From Macrostomum lignano (lineage: Eukaryota), in the NCBI GenBank assembly GCA_002269645.1, contig NIVC01000163.1:434001-498000 (forward strand): a stretch of DNA of 64,000 nucleotides, written 5' to 3'. The notes beneath the pieces are model-generated. The model saw nothing but the letters and a program-made list of their open reading frames with translations, was not told where the DNA came from and ran no database searches. The position numbers and the translations under genes were made by a program. Shown piece after piece: positions 58,301 to 64,000 of this stretch; position 1 is the stretch's first letter, and each line of letters begins with the position of its first letter.

Positions 58301-61300
58301 TAAAGTCATCTTCACTCTATGGCCAAGCTATAGAAATCAAACTCTTGTTCAGTAAAGTCATCTTCACTCTATGGCCAAGCTATAGAAATCAAACTCTTGT
58401 TCAGTAAAGTCATCTTCACTCTATGGCCAAGCTATAGAAATCAAACTCTTGTTCAGTAAAGTCATCTTCACTCTATGGCCAAGCTATAGAAATCAAACTC
58501 TTGTTCAGTCAAGTCATCTTCACTTTATGGCCAAGCTATAGAAATCAAACTCTTGTTCAGTAAAGTCATCTTCACTCTATGGCCAAGCTATAGAAATCAA
58601 ACTCTTGTTCAGTAAAGTCATCTTCACTCTATGGACAAGCTATAGAAATCAAACTCTTGTTCAGTCAAGTCATCTTCACTCTATGGCCAAGCTATAGAAA
58701 TCAAACTCTTGTTCAGTAAAGTCATCTTTACTCTATGGCCAAGCTATAGAAATCAAACTCTTGTTCAGTAAAGTCATCTTCACTCTATGGCCAAGCTATA
58801 GAAATCAAACTCTTGTTCAGTAAAGTCATCTTCACTCTATGGCCAAGCTATAGAAATCAAACTCTTGTTCAGTAAAGTCATCTTTACTCTATGGCCAAGC
58901 TATAGAAATCAAACTCTTGTTCAGTAAAGTGCATCTGCACTCTACGGCCAAGCTATAGAAATGAAACTTCCTCAGTCAAGTGCATCTTCACTCTACGGCC
59001 AAGCTATAGAAATCAAACTCTTGTTCAGTAAAGTCATCTTTACTCTATGGCCAAGCTATAGAAATCAAACTCTTGCTCAGTCAAGTCATCTTCACTCTAT
59101 GGCCAAGCTATAGAAATCAAACTCTTGCTCAGTCAAGTGCATCTGCACTCTATGGCCAAGCTATAGAAATCAAACTCTTTTTCAGTAAAGTGCATCTGCA
59201 CTCTACGGCCAAGCTATAGAAATGAAACTTCCTCAGTCAAGTGCATCTGCACTCTACGGCCAAGCTATAGAAATGAAACTTCCTCAGTCAAGTGCATCTG
59301 CACTCTATGGCTAAGCTATAGAAATCAAACTCTTCCCCAGTAAAGTGCATCTGCACTCTACGGCCAAGCTATAGAAATGAAACTTCCTCAGTCAAGTGCA
59401 TCTGCACTCTACGGCCAAGCTATAGAAATGAAACTTCCTCAGTCAAGTGCATCTGCACTCTATGGCTAAGCTATAGAAATCAAACTCTTCCCCAGTAAAG
59501 TGCATCTGCACTCTATGGCCAAGCTATAGAAATGAAACTTCCTCAGTCAAGTGCATCTGCACTCTACGGCCAAGCTATAGAAATGAAACTTCCTCAGTCA
59601 AGTGCATCTGCACTCTATGGCTAAGCTATAGAAATCAAACTCTTCCCCAGTAAAGTGCATCTGCACTCTATGGCCAAGCTATAGAAATCAAACTCTTCCC
59701 CAGTAAAGTGCATCTGCACTCTATGGCCAAGCTATAGAAATGAAACTTCCTCAGTCAAGTGCATCTGCACTCTACGGCCAAGCTATAGAAATGAAACTTC
59801 CTCAGTCAAGTGCATCTGCACTCTATGGCTAAGCTATAGAAATCAAACTCTTCCCCAGTAAAGTGCATCTGCACTCTATGGCCAAGCTATAGAAATCAAA
59901 CTCTTCCCCAGTAAAGTGCATCTGCACTCTATGGCCAAGCTATAGAAATGAAACTTCCTCAGTCAAGTGCATCTGCTATTTTATAGCTAGGCTAAAGAAA
60001 GAAAACTCTTCGCTCTTAAATCAGTCAAACGTGAGTAGCTACATATCGGCGCGACTTTATTTTACAACTACTTTTGAAAAAGAATAAAATAATATTCATG
60101 AACTAACAGATTGTTTGCAGGTTTAAAAATAACCTTTAATAATGACTAATAGGTACATAATTTAGGAAGAACAATGGGAAAAAAGTTTACGTTTTACCTG
60201 TACTGTTTACAAAACAGTTTCACGGGTCGATGCTGTAGGAAAATTGAAAATCTGAGCCAAAAGCAAAGACGAGACGAGAATGAAGTTGTGGAAGACACCG
60301 GACTCAAAGTTCGGTGGAACTAGAGAACTCAAATCACTTTTTTGAGCATATGAGAGAACTCATATGCACGATTCTTTTTACCCGCTGCAGTTAGAATTCT
60401 ATTTATTAAAGTTTCTGCGTTAATGCAATCTCTTTTATGCAAAAATTTAGAATTATAGGAAATGACAGGAAGGTTTATAGAAACAGGAGAGCGATAGAAG
60501 AGGGAGAAGGGTAGAGAGAGAGAAGAGAGGTCACGGCATGTTGAAAGATTTTTTTAGAAAATAGGCTACCGTTTTCAAGCCTCTGGGCTCTTCGTCAGGC
60601 CAAAAATCAGACAGAGGAGGGTTAGGGGAGGGGCAGAGGAGGGACAGAGGAGGGGCAGTTGAGGGTTGGAGGAGGGGTAAAAAAGGGATAGAGGGTTAGT
60701 GGAGTGGAGAGGTAGAAAGTGGCAGAGGAGGGGCAGAGGAGGGTTAGAGGAGGGATAGAGGGTTAGTGGAGTGAAGGAGCAGAAAAGGGGCAGAGGAAGG
60801 GCAGACGGCGGCAGAGGAGGGGCAGAAGAAGGGCAGAGGAAGAGCAGAGGAGGGGCAGTGGAGGGGCAGAGGAGGGGCAGAGGGGAGAGAAAAAACGACA
60901 GCCAGCGAATGGTAAACAGGAATGTCATGAATGGAAGGCCTTCCTAAAAACAACTTGGATAGAAACCCAATGAAGGTTGCAGAGTGCAGGGGCGGCATGC
61001 AGGAAGTCGCACGAAGGAGTGAAGCACACGAAAGAGATGAAACACAGGTAGAAGACCGGCATGCATGCAAGATTATTTTATTAGCTGAAAAGATAATGAG
61101 CCATTAGAATCGGTAATAATATTTATGTTGACACTCTATAAAAACACACCCCATCCCAGTTACTTACCCATCAGCTGATAGAAAACTGCAAGAACAAATC
61201 AAGTCAACACTGGAGTAAACGCCAGTTTCCCCTAACCGTTGTCATGGCGACTGGTTTTTCTGTTAGACCAGCCGTCGCAATTGCTCCCCATTCATCCCTG

Positions 61301-63844
61301 AGAATTCCTCTAACCCGATTGAGAGTTGCAAGGCTTAACTATTATATAGGCAAACATCTGCGTGCGTGAGTCTCAGGATAGAAAAAGTTGAGACATGATT
61401 ACAGAACATGGCTTTGACAATAGCTGGGAGAGGATCGAAACACACGGGAATTGAGACGGGTGGGGAGTTCAGTTAGAGTCCAGTTGCACTTTTCACGGTT
61501 GATCAACTTGAATAAAGGAACTGCGTCGTATGGCTATGCATAAAATTATTATTCTGTGATATTGTTTGGATTGGTAATCTGCCAGACATTGTATTGTACG
61601 TATGCCTTCATGCGCAAAAGTTTTGAGTGCGATATAAAGAAAAGGAATTTCAGACTGGATTCAAATTAAAAAAAACTTCCAAATGAACCGGACATTGATC
61701 TTGCTTTTACGTACTTTTTGTCTCCAAAATTACCTCTTTAAGCAGACGTTGCTGACACCTCAACCAGACCTTCACACTGAGTCACTGACACCTCAACCAG
61801 CCCTTCACACTGAGTCACTGACACCTCAACCAGACCTTCACACTGACACCTCAACCAGACCTTCACACTGACACCTTAGAAGTCTTCAAACTGACTTTCT
61901 GACAACTCAACCAACTCTTCAAACTGACCTAATGACACCTCAACCAACTCTTCAAACTGACCTAATGACACCTCAACCAACTCTTCAAACTGACCTAATG
62001 ACACCTCAACTAACTCTTCAAACTGACCTAATGACACCTCAACCAACTCTTCAAACTGACCTAATGACACCTCAACCAACTCTTCAAACTGACCTCCTGA
62101 CATCTCAACCAACTTTAACTAACAACCTGACACAAAGCAGCTCTACCAACCCATCAGCCTCGTGAGCTCACAGCATAGACTTGGTCTCGTCGCCACGTTT
62201 CAAACGTTCTCGAACGTCGCGTGTCACCCGCCGCCTCTCCCGGTTGCTGCGCAGAAAGTTACCCATCCGCTGCATCACCGGATCGTGGTGCCGCACCTGG
62301 ACTTGACCGTCGCGCAGACGTTTGGCATCCGACGCTTTCAGGTCGGTCTCGTCTTCTGCGACGCTGGACGTTGCGGCGACGGCAGCTGCAGCGGCGGCGG
62401 CCGCTTCAGACTGCAAGTGCAGCTCGTAGGCGCGTCGCAGAGCCGCCGTGGGCTGAGTAGCGCTCAACTGCAGATTGGAGAAATCTGATGAGCTGGTCAG
62501 CTGGTCGGGATCCGCGACGGGTTTGTCGACCCAGTCAGCCGTCTGTTGCTGTCGACCGCCTCGTTGGAGTTGCTGCAGCTGCTGGGCCAGCGAGAAGAAT
62601 CGGCGAACCCGTTCGCTGGCCGCGCCGCTTCCGTTTGACCTGCTGACGCCCCCGATGTTCTCCGCAGCTGCTTCGGCAGCCGCAGCCGCCGCGGCCGCCG
62701 CAGCCGCAACCACGGAGTCTTCCGAGGACGCTTGCGCAACATCTGGACTGTCTGTCTCGTTGATTTGCTCCAATGCCGAGGCCATGGACACCGAGTTCTG
62801 CTGCTGCTGCTGTTGGTGCACCTGTACTTTTGCGCTGCGCTTGTTACCAGCGGAACCAAGGTCTCCAGTTAATTTATGGTTGCTATGGCGACTAATAGCC
62901 GAGCGTAAATTTGGAGTCGATTCGCCGGATTGATTTGGAGAACTTTCAGCCGGAGTTGGCGTGGCCTGGGAGTCCATCTCGAGAGCCAGGTTCTGTTGAG
63001 AGATCAAGAGATGCGATCAAGAAGACATTATGATTTGCTGATAGAACTCAAGAAATTTATAAGCCGAAATGATCCACGCACTTTAAACACGTGTAAGAAA
63101 TGCTAAATATGCGATATTTTGAAGAATTAAATCAAAGCTAAGCTAGTTTGGTAGCAAAGAATTTAGGAGTTTCTGTGAAGACAAACAAGCTACTGAAGGC
63201 TTTATTTGTATAGATTAGCAGAATTTAAGTTAATTGGCTACAAAGATAGGAGCTATTATAGTCTTAGTCTTAGCTTTTTCACCAAAAACCTTTTCCCTCT
63301 TAATTGGAGCACCCAGCCCATCCGCATCCACCTCACTCCACACCCACCTCACTCTACACCCACCTCACTCCACACCCACCTCCCTCCGCGCCCACTTCAC
63401 TCCGCACCCACCTCATTCCACACCCAACTCACTCCGCACCCACCTCACTCCGCACCCACCTCACTCCGCACCCACCTCACTACGCACCCACCTCATTCCA
63501 CACCCAAATCACTCCGAACCCACCTCACTCCACACCCACCTCACTCCACACTCACCTCACTCCAACCACCTCACTCTACACCCACCTCACTCCGCACCCA
63601 CCTCAATCCTCACCCACCCCACTCCTAAACTGCTTTACTCGGATCTTTCCTATCGCATTAATCATCAGCAATAGAAAGTATAAGGCGAGAATGCTTCTAA
63701 TCTAAGGAACAGTTTCATAAACGTAAAAAGCTGTAAACAAATAACAACATCAATTGTATTCTTTCGTGTCAACTACGAGCTACATGTAAAACTTACATTA
63801 GGTTGCTCAGAATCTGTCTGAGCAGCTTGTTTATCTTGCAATTC
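53824..63844 (-). CDS. Pld: Phospholipase D, PLD1/2 class; 5'-partial; exons 63797..63844 (tentative), 62172..62992, 56095..56219, 53824..55364
   Basis: LWKGKDYVNW...PRMPWHD, RHFIERWN (polybasic PIP2-binding region), VLRSLGMWS, YVYIENQFFIS, second HKD motif IYIHSKLLIADD..IIGSANINDRS..G.RDSE, and C-terminal VPLITWL*. Intron phases match (0,2,1). PX/PH domains and the first HKD must lie beyond 64000. Confidence 0.93.
55463..55890. repeat. 20-bp minisatellite (TCAAAATACAGACACTCAGA) x ~21, PLD intron
   Basis: Read directly. Confidence 0.95.
56095..56219 (-). CDS. Pld: PLD internal exon (…LWKGKDYVNWLRKEPVRMDQPDE)
   Basis: Acceptor AACTTTTGCAG|A AGC; donor GAA G|GTAAGT; matches the conserved W.GKDY.N segment preceding PRMPWHD. 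Not in the ORF track. Confidence 0.88.
56740..57105. repeat. (CTCAACTATA)n 10/12/16-bp composite repeat, PLD intron
   Basis: Read directly. Confidence 0.92.
58093..59975. repeat. 51-53-bp minisatellite (CTCTATGGCCAAGCTATAGAAATCAAACTC...) x ~36, two subfamilies
   Basis: CACTCTAT recurs at 58261 and 58313. Confidence 0.96.
60615..60885. repeat. GA-rich low-complexity repeat (GGCAGAGGAGG-like)
   Basis: Read directly. Confidence 0.8.
61752..62115. repeat. Two related ~33-bp repeats sharing GACACCTCAACC (x3 and x6)
   Basis: Read directly; lies just inside the intron after the loop exon donor. Confidence 0.88.
62172..62992 (-). CDS. Pld: PLD loop-region exon (Ala/Gln-rich, 273 aa)
   Basis: Acceptor TCTCTCAACAG|AAC; donor ATG CT|GTGAGC (phase 2) fits the next exon's phase exactly. 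Its position upstream of W.GKDY corresponds to the PLD1 loop. Confidence 0.72.
63325..63625. repeat. 16-bp C-rich repeat (CACCCACCTCACTCC[G/A])n, PLD intron
   Basis: Read directly. Confidence 0.9.
63797..63844 (-). CDS. Candidate 48-nt PLD micro-exon (ELQDKQAAQTDSEQPN)
   Basis: Acceptor GACTGATTTCAG|GAA, donor CCT AAT|GTAAGT; 16 codons with no stop; phase-0 end matches the next exon. Confidence 0.5.
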
Positions 63845-64000
63845 CTGAAATCAGTCAAGAATTAATTTTGGATGCAACAAGTTTTGCAGGAACCCACCAA
63901 AATTTAGTCGGAAAATCTATCACCTCTTAAGGTGGTAAAATAAGAATTAAAATGACAACAAATAGTATTACACTGAAAGTAAACTAACACCGAGCTAACA

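Noticed and set aside
56184-61070. Extra PLD exons in ORFs 56184..56573, 57681..57881 and 60575..61070
   Set aside because: No PLD motifs, and exons 62172-62992 and 56095-56219 already join in phase without them.
61238-61251. Additional X-box-like matches (61238-61251; also 62879-62892)
   Set aside because: They match only the degenerate consensus, which is expected about once by chance in this much unique DNA; one lies within coding sequence.

Overview
Eukaryotic (metazoan) genomic DNA, not prokaryotic: GC-rich spliced exons embedded in AT-rich DNA, more than half of it tandem repeats. The poly-Ala/poly-Gln exons and the extreme GACA/GATA/TCAG and minisatellite load resemble a free-living flatworm such as Macrostomum; this is inference only. 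Three spliced genes lie head-to-tail on the minus strand. (1) The 3' part of a PLD1/2-type phospholipase D (4 exons, 53824-63844; 5' end outside the window). (2) A complete 3-exon WS/DGAT (wax ester synthase/diacylglycerol acyltransferase)-like gene (42570-50984, ~845 aa) with a 1-nt frameshift near 50400, an HACFGDG motif in place of the catalytic HHxxxDG, an N-terminal poly-Cys/TM anchor and a near-perfect RFX X-box over its ATG. (3) A complete 5-exon SIFamide/NPFF-receptor-like class A GPCR (3571-40607, 445 aa) whose first intron is 32.5 kb. All nine introns I could define contain tandem arrays, and most unit sequences occur in only one intron. GPCR intron 1 also holds a tRNA-derived CORE/Meta-like SINE with a 13-bp TSD and a ~15.5-kb inverted-repeat-bounded segment carrying a ~12.7-kb 236-bp satellite. 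Almost all long ORFs in the supplied track are artefacts of repeat translation. No CRISPR array, rRNA or genuine tRNA gene was found. Gene models were built by hand from GT-AG sites and phase matching; family assignments come from remembered motifs, not database searches.
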